A DNA stretch of 64,000 nt from assembly GCF_001677475.2 (NCBI RefSeq), contig NZ_CP015229.1; one strand, 5' to 3'. Of this stretch, positions 52,113-62,666 are shown in pieces. Position numbers and translations under genes: made by a program. The notes under the pieces are model-generated. The model made no database searches. It saw only the letters and a list, made by a program, of their open reading frames with translations, and was not told the origin of the DNA. How positions within the stretch are numbered: position 1 is the stretch's first letter; every line of letters begins with the position of its first letter. Source of the stretch: Escherichia coli. Its GTDB lineage: Bacteria; Pseudomonadota; Gammaproteobacteria; Enterobacterales; Enterobacteriaceae.

Positions 52113-52218
52113 GCTGACTAACTAATTACACCTTCTCCGGCTGTGGAGAAAGCTCCGACAGCATCCAGCGCTTCAGGCAGCTCCCGCAACGATAACCCAT
52201 TGCGGGAGATAACCTTGA

Positions 52219-53505
52219 TTACTTCAGATCGGCCTGTACCTGACGCAGCGGTTTCGCCCACGGGTTTTTGGCCTGGACATCTGCTGGCAATGTAGATACC
52301 GCTTTTTTCGCCTCTTCTTTCGAAGCGTACACGCCAGAAACCAGGACATACCACGGCTGACCATTACGCGTCGTTTCATAGACAACGTAGTTTTTCAGAT
52401 TCTCTTTCTTCGCCCAACCGTTCAGGTTGTCGTAGTTAGAGGAACTGCTCAGCTGCAGAGTGTAATGGCTGGACGGTGCCGATTTCAACGAACCAACATT
52501 ACCTGCGGTCTTCGCCCCAGCAGCGGGTGTTGCTGTGGTTTGCGCCGGGGATGCCGTCTGTACTGGAGCCGTAGTCGCCGTCTCTTTTGGTGCTGGCGTA
52601 GAAGTCGCAGCCGGTGCCTTCGTGCTCGCCACAGGGGCAGCTGGTTCAGTACGCTTCGGCGTCTGTGCTACCGGCTTCGGCTCCGTTTTCACGGTTGCTT
52701 GCGGTTTTTTCGGTTCAATCACCGCCTGCTGACGAGCTGGGCGCGTAGTGGCCGGACGTTCAGCGGTTTGCGTTTTCGCCGTGTCACGCGATGCATTGCC
52801 ATTGCGAACAGGCGCGACAGTCGCGGGTTCAGTCGGCAACGTGGAATTGACCGCCACATTGTTCAGCTGTTGCTGATTTTGTGGCTGGGTCAGCGCATTG
52901 TTCAGGTCACCCTGCACTTCAACACGTTGTTGACCATCCGTTGCCGCCGGGGTTTGCCCTTGAGTCGGCGTAGAAGAGATCGGTGGCAGAGAAACATCCT
53001 GCTGAGTATTTTCCGCAGACGTGGTTCCCGGCGCTGGCTGCACGCCATTCGCCTGATCGGTCGCATTGCCAGCAAGATCAATACTCTTCTCGCCAGACGC
53101 GGTTTGATCGCTGGAAGAGGTCGAGGGGGCTTTTAGCGCAGAACCGATACCGATGATCAACAGCAGTAGAACCAGAATGCCGACGCCCATCATCATATAC
53201 TGACGAGAAGCGGGTTTACTGGCTGCTTTTTTGCGCTTACGCGGACGACGCTCTACGCGCTCTTCATCCACGGTTTCATCTTCGGATTCGTCAATTTCTT
53301 CTTCGATTTCCGGTTCCTCATTGCGCTCTTTTTGCGCACGAGTCGGACGGCGATCGTCAGTGTCATCAAGTTCAATATCATCAAAATTGATCTGCGGTTC
53401 GCCACGTTCAGTACGCTCAGAACGTTCAGAAGATTGACGAGAACGACCAGTACGACGATCGCTGGGATCGGGTTTCAGCTCGTCTTCTGGTTTGAATTCA
53501 TCCAT
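52219..53505 (-). CDS. damX: Cell-division protein DamX (low-complexity linker, C-terminal SPOR domain)
   Basis: 428-aa ORF with acidic N-terminus, TM segment, Pro/Thr/Ala/Gln-rich linker and C-terminal SPOR-like domain. Confidence 0.93.
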   Translation of the reverse strand: MDEFKPEDELKPDPSDRRTGRSRQSSERSERTERGEPQINFDDIELDDTDDRRPTRAQKERNEEPEIEEEIDESEDETVDEERVERRPRKRKKAASKPASRQYMMMGVGILVLLLLIIGIGSALKAPSTSSSDQTASGEKSIDLAGNATDQANGVQPAPGTTSAENTQQDVSLPPISSTPTQGQTPAATDGQQRVEVQGDLNNALTQPQNQQQLNNVAVNSTLPTEPATVAPVRNGNASRDTAKTQTAERPATTRPARQQAVIEPKKPQATVKTEPKPVAQTPKRTEPAAPVASTKAPAATSTPAPKETATTAPVQTASPAQTTATPAAGAKTAGNVGSLKSAPSSHYTLQLSSSSNYDNLNGWAKKENLKNYVVYETTRNGQPWYVLVSGVYASKEEAKKAVSTLPADVQAKNPWAKPLRQVQADLK

Positions 53506-53596
53506 TTAACACCCCACTAAAAGGTTAATGCTTACCACGTTGCAATTAACCTGAAGCTAATAGACCGCTTGATAAGCGGCCTGACCTTTCTTGTTG

Positions 53597-54685
53597 TTAC
53601 GCTGATTGACAATCGGCAATGGCGTTAAGAACAAGCTCGTGCGAAACGCCGCTGCGAACTTCACTCTTACCAATTGCCAACGGAAGAATTAAGCGTATCT
53701 CTCCCGCAAGGACTTTCTTGTCACGCAGCATATGCGGTAAATACGCCTGCGCGGACATTTCGCGCGGCCCATTGACCGGTAACCCAGCCCGCTTGAGCAG
53801 GGTTATAATACGCTGCGTTTCGGCAGAACTAAACTGCCCGAGACGTTCCGACGTCCGCGCCGCCATCACCATACCCGCAGCGACCGCTTCACCATGTAAC
53901 CAATTGCCATACCCCATTTCAGCTTCAATGGCATGACCAAAGGTGTGTCCCAGATTCAGTAAAGCACGTAACCCGGTTTCGCGCTCGTCGGCGGCGACAA
54001 CTTCTGCTTTCAGCTCACAACAACGGCGGATACAGTACGCCATTGCCGGACCGTCCAGACGCAACAACGCATCCAGATTCTCTTCCAGCCAGTTGAAAAA
54101 CGCACCGTCAAGAATAATGCCGTATTTGATGACTTCTGCCAGCCCCGACGCTAACTCACGCGGGGGAAGCGTTTTCAGACAGTCGAGATCCACCACCACT
54201 GAAGCAGGCTGGTAGAACGCGCCAATCATGTTTTTACCGAGGGGATGGTTGACCGCAGTTTTGCCGCCAACGGAGGAATCGACCTGCGACAGTAACGTCG
54301 TCGGGACTTGAATGAAACGTACGCCGCGCTGATAACTCGCCGCCGCGAAGCCGGTCAGATCGCCCACTACGCCGCCGCCAAGCGCCACCAACGTAGTATC
54401 GCGACCATGCGGCTTTTGTAACAACGCCGTAAAGACGGTATCGAGTACAGCCAGGCTTTTATACTGCTCGCCGTCAGGGAGGATAACGCTATCGACGTTA
54501 ACACCCGCCTGTTCAAGTACGCCGCGGACCTTATCGAGATACAGAGGAGCCAGGGTTTCGTTGGTGACCAACATGACCTGCTCGCCCGATTTCAGCGGTA
54601 AGAATGAAGCTGGTTCATTAAACAAACCAGATGCGATGGTAATTGGGTAACTACGTTCCCCGAGAGTAACGACAATCCTCTCCAT
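53597..54685 (-). CDS. aroB: 3-dehydroquinate synthase
   Basis: 362-aa [25 protein letters not shown]. Confidence 0.96.
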   Translation of the reverse strand: MERIVVTLGERSYPITIASGLFNEPASFLPLKSGEQVMLVTNETLAPLYLDKVRGVLEQAGVNVDSVILPDGEQYKSLAVLDTVFTALLQKPHGRDTTLVALGGGVVGDLTGFAAASYQRGVRFIQVPTTLLSQVDSSVGGKTAVNHPLGKNMIGAFYQPASVVVDLDCLKTLPPRELASGLAEVIKYGIILDGAFFNWLEENLDALLRLDGPAMAYCIRRCCELKAEVVAADERETGLRALLNLGHTFGHAIEAEMGYGNWLHGEAVAAGMVMAARTSERLGQFSSAETQRIITLLKRAGLPVNGPREMSAQAYLPHMLRDKKVLAGEIRLILPLAIGKSEVRSGVSHELVLNAIADCQSA

Positions 54686-54741
54686 AACGCGACATCCACC
54701 TTAATTACTGTACCCGCAGACGAGTGTATATAAAGCCAGAA

Positions 54742-55263
54742 TTAGTTGCTTTCCAGCATGTGAATAATCTGGTTAGCGACCACTTTAGCGCTTTGATCAT
54801 CAGTACGAATGGTCACGTCGGCAATCTCTTCATACAGCGGATTGCGTTCATTGGCCAACGCTTCCAGAACTTCACGCGGCGGTGTTTCAACGTGCAGCAA
54901 CGGGCGTTTTTTATCACGCTGCGTGCGTGCAAGTTGCTTTTCGATGGTCGTTTCAAGATAAACGACAACGCCACGAGCGGAAAGACGGTTACGCGTTTCA
55001 CGGGATTTCACAGAGCCGCCGCCAGTAGCCAGCACAATACCCTGTTTCTCGGTCAACTCATTGATGACCTTTTCTTCGCGATCGCGGAAGCCTTCTTCGC
55101 CTTCTAAATCGAAAACCCAGCCCACATCAGCTCCGGTTCGTTTCTCAATCTCTTGATCGGAATCGTAAAATTCCATATTGAGTTGTTGAGCTAACTGGCG
55201 CCCAATAGTGCTTTTTCCGGCACCCATAGGCCCAACCAGAAAGATATTGCGTTTCTCTGCCAT
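54742..55263 (-). CDS. aroK: Shikimate kinase I
   Basis: ORF track starts far upstream; probable start [26 protein letters not shown] at 55261-55263 (173 aa). Confidence 0.95.
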   Translation of the reverse strand: MAEKRNIFLVGPMGAGKSTIGRQLAQQLNMEFYDSDQEIEKRTGADVGWVFDLEGEEGFRDREEKVINELTEKQGIVLATGGGSVKSRETRNRLSARGVVVYLETTIEKQLARTQRDKKRPLLHVETPPREVLEALANERNPLYEEIADVTIRTDDQSAKVVANQIIHMLESN

Positions 55264-55663
55264 TTTTTCGGTACTACTAAGACTATTCGTTAATGATAAA
55301 CCCGCTTCGCTCAGAGAGCGCCGCAGGACATGAACTGAAACCTCATAAGATATTGCGAGAGTCAGACTGAAAATTATCTCAATACTCCAGCGGGTTTGGC
55401 AACTGAATAAATCACCCATCCCTCTGCATATCTGGTCGCTGCAAGCGCGCTGCCTTGCTACCACCGCTCTGGCGATAAATCACCGGGTAAGATTAGCGTA
55501 AAAAAGACAGCAAAATGCCGCCTGAATGATAAATCATCATCATGGAACGCAGGCAGCGAAGAGCACCAACTCTCAAATCGGTACTCCTTGTATGCTAAAT
55601 ACCTGCGCGCGTCAAATAGATGAAACACGTTCAGCGTAAAAACATTACCGCTTTTACGGCTGT

Positions 55664-56902
55664 TTACTCACTGGAAACCAGTCGTGGCGTGATAAACACC
55701 ACTAACTCGCGTCGTTCATCTTCTTTTCCGTCATGACGAAATAATTGCCCGAACCAGGGAATGTCGCCAAGCAACGGTACGCTATCCTGACCCGATTTAT
55801 TTTTACGGGTAAAAATGCCGCCCAGCGCCAACGTTTCTCCGCTTTTGACCTCGACCTGCGTTTCGATCTCCTGCTTATCAATCGCCAGCACTTCCCCATC
55901 AGCCTGCTGTAGCACCTGCCCCGGAACGTTCTGGCTGATGTGTAATTTCAGCCGGATGCGACCTTTATGTAACACCGTGGGCGTGACCTCCATCCCCAGG
56001 ACGGCCTCTTTAAATTCCACCGACGTCGCGCCACTTTCCCCGCTGGAAACCTGATATGGAATTTCGCTCCCCTGTTTAATGCTGGCAGGCTGAAGATGTG
56101 AGGCCAGCAGACGCGGACTGGCGATAATATCCAGCTGCTGTTTTTGTTCGAGCGCGGAAAGCTCAAGATCCAGCAAACGTCCGTTGATGCGTCCAATGTT
56201 AAAACCGACATGCGTTGTCGCCGTCGCTACGGAGAGGTCACTGCCAAGCGTGGTGACTTGCCCAACGCCACCAGCGTGTTGCGCATCAGCCAACGTCCAT
56301 TTCACGCCTAACTCACGCAAACTTTTTTCATTAATGGTGACAATATGCGCCGACAGCTCAACCTGCCCGACCGGCAGATCCATTTGCGCTACCCACTGTT
56401 CAAGCGCGCTTAACGCCGTTTTGTTATCTCGCAGCAAAAGGCGATTGGTGCGTTTATCGACGGTCATACTCCCTTTGGCACTCAGTAGCTTCTCCCCCGC
56501 TTTCGCCAGTTCTCCCGCGTCGGCGTATTGCAGGGTTATACTGCGATTTTCCAGCGGCAGATTTGCCTGCGCCCGCGCCTGCTCCGCCTCCTGACGGGCG
56601 ATATTGTCATTCTGCCAGGCAACGGAATGCACCGAGAGAATGTTGCCCTCCTGACGCGTTATCAGTCCGGCGCTTTTCACTACAGTTTGTAGTGCTTGCT
56701 TCCAGGGAACATCTGTTAGATGTAACGACACCGTACCGCTGACGTCTGGCGATACGACCAGGTTCAACTTCTCCTGTTCAGCCAGCGCCTGCAACACCTG
56801 AGCTACCGGAACGTCATCCACCATCAGCGTCACTTTTTGCGGCTTTGCCGCCTGTACGCCGGGTATCAGCATCAACAGTAGTGCGGCTATCCATTGCTTC
56901 AT
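55664..56902 (-). CDS. hofQ: Secretin-family outer-membrane channel (DNA-uptake / type IV pilus-like)
   Basis: 412-aa ORF with signal peptide and C-terminal secretin domain. Confidence 0.9.
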   Translation of the reverse strand: MKQWIAALLLMLIPGVQAAKPQKVTLMVDDVPVAQVLQALAEQEKLNLVVSPDVSGTVSLHLTDVPWKQALQTVVKSAGLITRQEGNILSVHSVAWQNDNIARQEAEQARAQANLPLENRSITLQYADAGELAKAGEKLLSAKGSMTVDKRTNRLLLRDNKTALSALEQWVAQMDLPVGQVELSAHIVTINEKSLRELGVKWTLADAQHAGGVGQVTTLGSDLSVATATTHVGFNIGRINGRLLDLELSALEQKQQLDIIASPRLLASHLQPASIKQGSEIPYQVSSGESGATSVEFKEAVLGMEVTPTVLHKGRIRLKLHISQNVPGQVLQQADGEVLAIDKQEIETQVEVKSGETLALGGIFTRKNKSGQDSVPLLGDIPWFGQLFRHDGKEDERRELVVFITPRLVSSE

Positions 56903-57218
56903 TTGTATCTCCTTGCCGTTGCCACAACCAGTGTGGCGGTTCGCAGTTTGTCCCGGTTCCCAGCGTTAGTGCGTCTGGCGTCAGCTGTAAGATCGTCCAG
57001 CCGTTTTCCAGCACATCGTTTTGCTGCACCCGTCGCCATTTTTTTTGCCCATCTTTTATTACACCGATGATGCGCTCGCCTCGCCCTACCATCCCCTGAT
57101 AGCGCCACTGGCTAAGTTCGCTAATCCGGCATAGATCTTCCGGCGGTTTAAAAGGGTCACGCATACCGGTTAAAAGGCACAATGCAATACCTGCCAACAA
57201 CCAGCGTTTAACCCTCAT
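56814..57218 (-). CDS. hofP: HofP (pilus-assembly-like lipoprotein)
   Basis: ORF 56814-57257; probable start MRVKRWLLAGIALC (134 aa); 3' end overlaps hofQ 5' end by ~89 nt. Confidence 0.75.
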   Translation of the reverse strand: MRVKRWLLAGIALCLLTGMRDPFKPPEDLCRISELSQWRYQGMVGRGERIIGVIKDGQKKWRRVQQNDVLENGWTILQLTPDALTLGTGTNCEPPHWLWQRQGDTNEAMDSRTTVDADTRRTGGKAAKSDADGG

Positions 57219-57648
57219 GCGGCGTCTCCAGTTGTAGCGTGAACAAAAGGTCATCACCTTCCACGCTTAACGAAAAACGGCTCACTCTGACGTTGCGCTC
57301 TGCCAGCCGTGTAAATGCCAACGGCACTGCTTCCCACAGCGTTTTCAACGCCAACTCGCCTCCCTGCGCGGATGGATGCCAGTAAACCAGTTGTGCGTCG
57401 GGCAACTGAAAATCCAGTGGCGAAAAGAGCAGCGTTTTTTCCTCGCTGAAGGGGGTGGAGTCAACCAGGCGATACAGTGCGGCCCACTGCTGGTGATGAC
57501 TTGCCCGTAGTCGAATTAATGCGTCGCTCTCTTCCTGGTGTGTCGATGACAGAAAAATGAGCGTAACTAACATCAGCAACCAGACTGCCCAGCAAAGCTG
57601 GCGGAGGCGGGGTGATGTGGCGAACCACCAGTCAAAGAGCATGTCCAT
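57208..57648 (-). CDS. hofO: HofO (PilO-like)
   Basis: 146-aa ORF with N-terminal TM helix. Confidence 0.75.
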   Translation of the reverse strand: MDMLFDWWFATSPRLRQLCWAVWLLMLVTLIFLSSTHQEESDALIRLRASHHQQWAALYRLVDSTPFSEEKTLLFSPLDFQLPDAQLVYWHPSAQGGELALKTLWEAVPLAFTRLAERNVRVSRFSLSVEGDDLLFTLQLETPHEG

Positions 57649-58171
57649 CGCTAACCTTCCTTGTTAACTGATACTCAAATTGCCAGCGTCCCTGCGCATC
57701 CTGCTGCGTGGCTCCCCTCTGATTGAGATGAAAAGATGCATCCTGGCGGAGTGACGTTTCTAGTGCGTTTAACGCGGTAATGCTTGTTGTCAGCCCCTTG
57801 ATCTCCAGCGTTCCCTGCTGCCAGCTTATCGTTGTCAGCCAGGCATGTTCGGGTAAAAGCGCCGCCAGTGCTTCCAGCGCAGATTGCCAGTCGCGGGTAA
57901 ATTCTCGCTGGCGCTGCCGTTGCAAACGCTGTTCGCGTAACTGCTGTTGCTCCAGCAAACGTGGTTTCGTTATCTGTAAGCTGTGGGCGAGTTGTTGTTC
58001 CGCCTGAAGCAAAACGGTGTTTACGCGTGCTTCGGCGTTGCTTGTCAGACGCAGTATTAGCGTTATCCCGACGGCCAGCAGCAGAGGTGCAACGAACATC
58101 AGCAACCAGAAACGAAGAAAAGCGGTCCGGCGTTGCTGTCGCCAGGGCAAAAAATTAATTGGCGGGTTCAT
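57632..58171 (-). CDS. hofN: HofN (PilN-like)
   Basis: 179-aa ORF with N-terminal TM and coiled coil. Confidence 0.75.
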   Translation of the reverse strand: MNPPINFLPWRQQRRTAFLRFWLLMFVAPLLLAVGITLILRLTSNAEARVNTVLLQAEQQLAHSLQITKPRLLEQQQLREQRLQRQRQREFTRDWQSALEALAALLPEHAWLTTISWQQGTLEIKGLTTSITALNALETSLRQDASFHLNQRGATQQDAQGRWQFEYQLTRKVSDGHAL

Positions 58172-58950
58172 CAGTACGCCTTCCCAAGCGCCAGCCCCAG
58201 CGCGATGGCAAAGTCTCCACCTGGCGGCGGTAGCGGCGGCTGACGAACAGAAACGGCCTCCCAGGGGTCAAATCCGCCTTCGCCACATATCGCGACGCTT
58301 TCGGGATCAACGGATAACGCTGCCGCCAGCTCCTTCGCGCTAGTCATCCCCACCGCCAGTTTGCGCCCCCAGCGATAGCGCGTCGCCCACAGCCACTGTT
58401 CGTTATCACGCCAGGCCAGACATTGCTGATGAGAAGGCAAAAAAGGCAGGAATCGCTGTAATGCACTGGCATCCGGGGTGATCGCGCTAACATGAACGCG
58501 CAACCTTTCTGCCAGAGTAAGCAGCATTGCCAGCTCTTTGCTTTGCGCGGCAGTCACGTTATAAGCGGGGCTGAGTGAGTCTTCGCTGTAATCGAAGCGC
58601 AGGGAGTCCGGATCCATATCCAGCTCGCGGGCCATCGTCCCGGACAGCCAGGCCGTTTGCTCCCTCTCACCAAGGGACAACGACGGGCGCGGAAATGACC
58701 GCTGTAATGTGCGACTGGCGGGAAACGCCAACATAATATGATGACGCTGCGGCAGTTCGCGACTCCACGGTAACAACGTGTTAGCCAGCCGCTGCACATC
58801 GACAATCCGCCCATCTTTGATAATGTCGTTCTCCAGTGGCAACCGCCACCAGCGTTGCAATAAGCATTCTTTTGCGCCCCGCACGATAGCAACCGCTACC
58901 GCTTCTTGCTGTTGTAAATGCAAACCAATTTGCCAGATCTTAAATGCCAT
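58171..58950 (-). CDS. hofM: HofM (PilM-like, actin-fold)
   Basis: ORF 58171-58977; probable start MAFKIWQIGLHLQQ (259 aa). Confidence 0.75.
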   Translation of the reverse strand: MAFKIWQIGLHLQQQEAVAVAIVRGAKECLLQRWWRLPLENDIIKDGRIVDVQRLANTLLPWSRELPQRHHIMLAFPASRTLQRSFPRPSLSLGEREQTAWLSGTMARELDMDPDSLRFDYSEDSLSPAYNVTAAQSKELAMLLTLAERLRVHVSAITPDASALQRFLPFLPSHQQCLAWRDNEQWLWATRYRWGRKLAVGMTSAKELAAALSVDPESVAICGEGGFDPWEAVSVRQPPLPPPGGDFAIALGLALGKAY

Positions 58951-59069
58951 TGTGATGATCTCCTTATCACCCGTCACTCTGACGGGTATATCAATGCGTC
59001 TGGCTTGCCTTTATACTACCGCGCGTTTGTTTATAAACTGCCCAAATGAAACTAAATGGGAAATTTCCA

Positions 59070-61622
59070 GTGAAGTTCGTAAAGTATTTTTTGATCCTTG
59101 CAGTCTGTTGCATTCTGCTGGGAGCAGGCTCGATTTATGGCCTATACCGCTACATCGAGCCACAACTGCCGGATGTGGCGACATTAAAAGATGTTCGCCT
59201 GCAAATTCCGATGCAGATTTACAGCGCCGATGGCGAGCTGATTGCTCAATACGGTGAGAAACGTCGTATTCCGGTTACGTTGGATCAAATCCCACCGGAG
59301 ATGGTGAAAGCCTTTATCGCGACGGAAGACAGCCGCTTCTACGAGCATCACGGCGTTGACCCGGTGGGGATCTTCCGTGCAGCAAGCGTGGCGCTGTTCT
59401 CCGGCCATGCGTCACAAGGGGCGAGTACCATTACCCAGCAGCTGGCGAGAAACTTCTTCCTCAGTCCAGAACGCACACTGATGCGTAAGATTAAGGAAGT
59501 CTTCCTCGCGATTCGCATTGAACAGTTGCTGACGAAAGACGAGATCCTCGAGCTTTATCTGAACAAGATTTACCTCGGTTACCGCGCCTATGGTGTTGGT
59601 GCTGCGGCACAAGTCTATTTCGGTAAAACGGTCGACCAACTGACGCTGAACGAAATGGCGGTGATAGCCGGGCTGCCGAAAGCGCCTTCCACCTTCAACC
59701 CGCTCTACTCGATGGATCGTGCCGTCGCGCGGCGTAACGTCGTGCTGTCGCGGATGCTGGATGAAGGGTATATCACCCAACAACAGTTCGATCAGACACG
59801 CACTGAGGCGATTAACGCTAACTATCACGCGCCGGAGATTGCTTTCTCTGCGCCGTACCTGAGCGAAATGGTGCGCCAGGAGATGTATAACCGTTATGGC
59901 GAAAGTGCCTATGAAGACGGTTATCGCATTTACACCACCATCACCCGCAAAGTGCAGCAGGCCGCACAGCAGGCGGTACGTAATAACGTGCTGGACTACG
60001 ACATGCGCCACGGCTATCGCGGCCCGGCAAATGTGCTGTGGAAAGTGGGCGAGTCGGCGTGGGATAACAACAAGATTACCGATACGCTGAAGGCGCTGCC
60101 GACTTATGGTCCGCTGCTGCCTGCCGCAGTCACCAGCGCCAATCCTCAGCAAGCGACGGCGATGCTGGCGGACGGGTCGACCGTCGCATTGAGCATGGAA
60201 GGCGTTCGCTGGGCGCGTCCTTACCGTTCGGATACTCAGCAGGGACCGACACCGCGTAAAGTGACCGATGTTCTGCAAACGGGTCAGCAAATCTGGGTTC
60301 GTCAGGTTGGCGATACATGGTGGCTGGCACAAGTGCCGGAAGTGAACTCGGCGCTGGTGTCGATCAATCCGCAAAATGGTGCCGTTATGGCGCTGGTCGG
60401 TGGCTTTGATTTCAATCAGAGCAAGTTTAACCGCGCCACCCAGGCACTGCGTCAGGTGGGTTCCAACATCAAACCGTTCCTCTATACCGCGGCGATGGAT
60501 AAAGGTCTGACGCTGGCAAGTATGTTGAACGATGTGCCAATTTCCCGCTGGGATGCAGGTGCCGGTTCTGACTGGCAGCCGAAAAACTCGCCGCCACAAT
60601 ATGCTGGTCCAATTCGCTTACGTCAGGGGCTAGGTCAGTCGAAAAACGTGGTGATGGTACGCGCAATGCGGGCGATGGGCGTCGACTACGCTGCAGAATA
60701 TCTGCAACGCTTCGGCTTCCCGGCACAAAACATTGTCCACACCGAATCGCTGGCGCTGGGTTCAGCGTCCTTCACTCCAATGCAGGTGGCGCGCGGCTAC
60801 GCGGTCATGGCGAACGGCGGCTTCCTGGTGGACCCGTGGTTTATCAGCAAAATTGAAAACGATCAGGGCGGCGTGATTTTCGAAGCGAAACCGAAAGTAG
60901 CCTGCCCGGAATGCGATATTCCGGTGATTTACGGTGATACGCAGAAATCGAACGTGCTGGAAAATAACGATGTTGAAGATGTCGCTATCTCCCGCGAGCA
61001 GCAGAATGTTTCTGTACCAATGCCGCAGCTGGAGCAGGCAAATCAGGCGTTAGTGGCGAAGACTGGCGCGCAGGAGTACGCACCGCACGTCATCAACACT
61101 CCGCTGGCATTCCTGATTAAGAGTGCTTTGAACACCAATATCTTTGGTGAGCCAGGCTGGCAGGGTACCGGCTGGCGTGCAGGTCGTGATTTGCAGCGTC
61201 GCGATATCGGCGGGAAAACCGGTACCACTAACAGTTCGAAAGATGCGTGGTTCTCGGGTTACGGTCCGGGCGTTGTGACCTCGGTCTGGATTGGCTTTGA
61301 TGATCACCGTCGTAATCTCGGTCATACAACGGCTTCCGGAGCAATTAAAGATCAGATCTCAGGTTACGAAGGCGGTGCCAAGAGTGCCCAGCCTGCATGG
61401 GACGCTTATATGAAAGCCGTTCTTGAAGGTGTGCCGGAGCAGCCGTTGACGCCGCCACCGGGTATTGTGACGGTGAATATCGATCGCAGCACCGGGCAGT
61501 TAGCTAATGGTGGCAACAGCCGCGAAGAGTATTTCATCGAAGGTACGCAGCCGACACAACAGGCGGTGCACGAGGTGGGAACGACCATTATCGATAATGG
61601 CGAGGCACAGGAATTGTTCTGA
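59070..61622 (+). CDS. mrcA: Penicillin-binding protein 1A (bifunctional glycosyltransferase/transpeptidase)
   Basis: ORF track starts 59046; probable GTG start at 59070 (850 aa, MKFVKYFLILAVCC); GT51 motifs and SxxK transpeptidase motif. Confidence 0.95.
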   Translation: MKFVKYFLILAVCCILLGAGSIYGLYRYIEPQLPDVATLKDVRLQIPMQIYSADGELIAQYGEKRRIPVTLDQIPPEMVKAFIATEDSRFYEHHGVDPVGIFRAASVALFSGHASQGASTITQQLARNFFLSPERTLMRKIKEVFLAIRIEQLLTKDEILELYLNKIYLGYRAYGVGAAAQVYFGKTVDQLTLNEMAVIAGLPKAPSTFNPLYSMDRAVARRNVVLSRMLDEGYITQQQFDQTRTEAINANYHAPEIAFSAPYLSEMVRQEMYNRYGESAYEDGYRIYTTITRKVQQAAQQAVRNNVLDYDMRHGYRGPANVLWKVGESAWDNNKITDTLKALPTYGPLLPAAVTSANPQQATAMLADGSTVALSMEGVRWARPYRSDTQQGPTPRKVTDVLQTGQQIWVRQVGDTWWLAQVPEVNSALVSINPQNGAVMALVGGFDFNQSKFNRATQALRQVGSNIKPFLYTAAMDKGLTLASMLNDVPISRWDAGAGSDWQPKNSPPQYAGPIRLRQGLGQSKNVVMVRAMRAMGVDYAAEYLQRFGFPAQNIVHTESLALGSASFTPMQVARGYAVMANGGFLVDPWFISKIENDQGGVIFEAKPKVACPECDIPVIYGDTQKSNVLENNDVEDVAISREQQNVSVPMPQLEQANQALVAKTGAQEYAPHVINTPLAFLIKSALNTNIFGEPGWQGTGWRAGRDLQRRDIGGKTGTTNSSKDAWFSGYGPGVVTSVWIGFDDHRRNLGHTTASGAIKDQISGYEGGAKSAQPAWDAYMKAVLEGVPEQPLTPPPGIVTVNIDRSTGQLANGGNSREEYFIEGTQPTQQAVHEVGTTIIDNGEAQELF

Positions 61623-61625
61623 TTA

Positions 61626-61648
61626 AAAAGGCGCTTCGGCGCCTTTTC
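61626..61648 (+). terminator. Rho-independent terminator after mrcA
   Basis: aggcgc-ttcg-gcgcct hairpin followed by TTT. Confidence 0.75.
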
Positions 61649-61671
61649 AGTTTACTGACAAAGCGCACTTG

Positions 61672-61786
61672 TTTATGCCGGATACGGGTGAACGCGTTAT
61701 CCGGCTAACAAAATCGTGAAAATTCAATATATTGCAGGAACCCCATAAGCCTGATAAGCGTTGTGCATCAGGCAAACTTCACGCAT
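61672..61786. repeat. REP-type palindromic units between mrcA and nudE
   Basis: tgccggatacgggtgaacgcgttatccggc and gcctgataagcgttgtgcatcaggc-type imperfect palindromes. Confidence 0.65.
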
Positions 61787-62347
61787 TTACACTCGCCCCT
61801 GCCCTTTCAACCATTCGCGCACGAGGAAAAGCGCACTGACATTGCGCGCTTCATTGAAATCAGGGTCTTCCAGCAAATCCATCATATGAGCCAGCGGCCA
61901 GCGCACCTGTGGTAGCGGCTCTGGCTCATCGCCTTCCAGCGATTCCGGGTAGAGATCTTGCGCTACCACGATATTCATTTTGCTGGAAAAGTAAGACGGT
62001 GCCATGCTGAGCTTCTTCAAAAAAGTCAGATCGTTCGCACCAAATCCAACCTCTTCTTTTAGCTCGCGGTTAGCGGCTTCGTAGACGCTTTCACCCGGAT
62101 CAATTAATCCTTTCGAAAAACCTAATTCGTAGGATTCAGTTCCCACTGCGTATTCGCGGATCAGGATCAGGTGATCGTCCACAATCGGTACAATCATCAC
62201 TGCTTCCCGGTTGGTTGGACGCATTCGTTCATAAACACGCCGCACGCCATTGCTGAACTCCAGATCCACACTTTCGACGGTAAATAGTCGGGAACGGGCT
62301 ACAGTTTCAACATTCAGAATGGTGGGTTTTTGTAATGATTTGCTCAT
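61787..62347 (-). CDS. nudE: Nudix hydrolase (ADP-sugar diphosphatase type)
   Basis: 186-aa ORF with Nudix box GLIDPGESVYEAANRELKEEVGF. Confidence 0.93.
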   Translation of the reverse strand: MSKSLQKPTILNVETVARSRLFTVESVDLEFSNGVRRVYERMRPTNREAVMIVPIVDDHLILIREYAVGTESYELGFSKGLIDPGESVYEAANRELKEEVGFGANDLTFLKKLSMAPSYFSSKMNIVVAQDLYPESLEGDEPEPLPQVRWPLAHMMDLLEDPDFNEARNVSALFLVREWLKGQGRV

Positions 62348-62666
62348 CGTGGGATCTATGCTGTGAAATCAGCGGTTATTGTGCGATATCGGACACGCTT
62401 TCGGCAATGTGAATTGCATGTTATTTACATTTATGTAACTTAATAAATAATCGTCCTCAAATCAAATTAAAAGTCAATAGGTTGAAATAACTCCAGGAAT
62501 TTGCTGATATTCCGCCTTCAGAGGGTTTGCTATGATCAGCGGTTACTGTGATGTGCTTAATGATGCTCAAGTTAAACTCCACGCTTGCCGATAGCCAACC
62601 GCAGAATCATGTATTGTGTCCGGTGCGACTGACCACGCCTGACAGACTAAGTAAGATGGGGAAAGC

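Noticed and set aside
52465-53136. 223-aa plus-strand Arg/Cys-rich ORF antisense to damX
   Set aside because: Mirror image of the Pro/Thr/Ala/Gln-rich damX linker; not a plausible protein.
59412-60599. 395-aa minus-strand ORF inside mrcA
   Set aside because: Antisense to the PBP1a coding region; Arg-rich low-complexity translation typical of GC-rich antisense frames.
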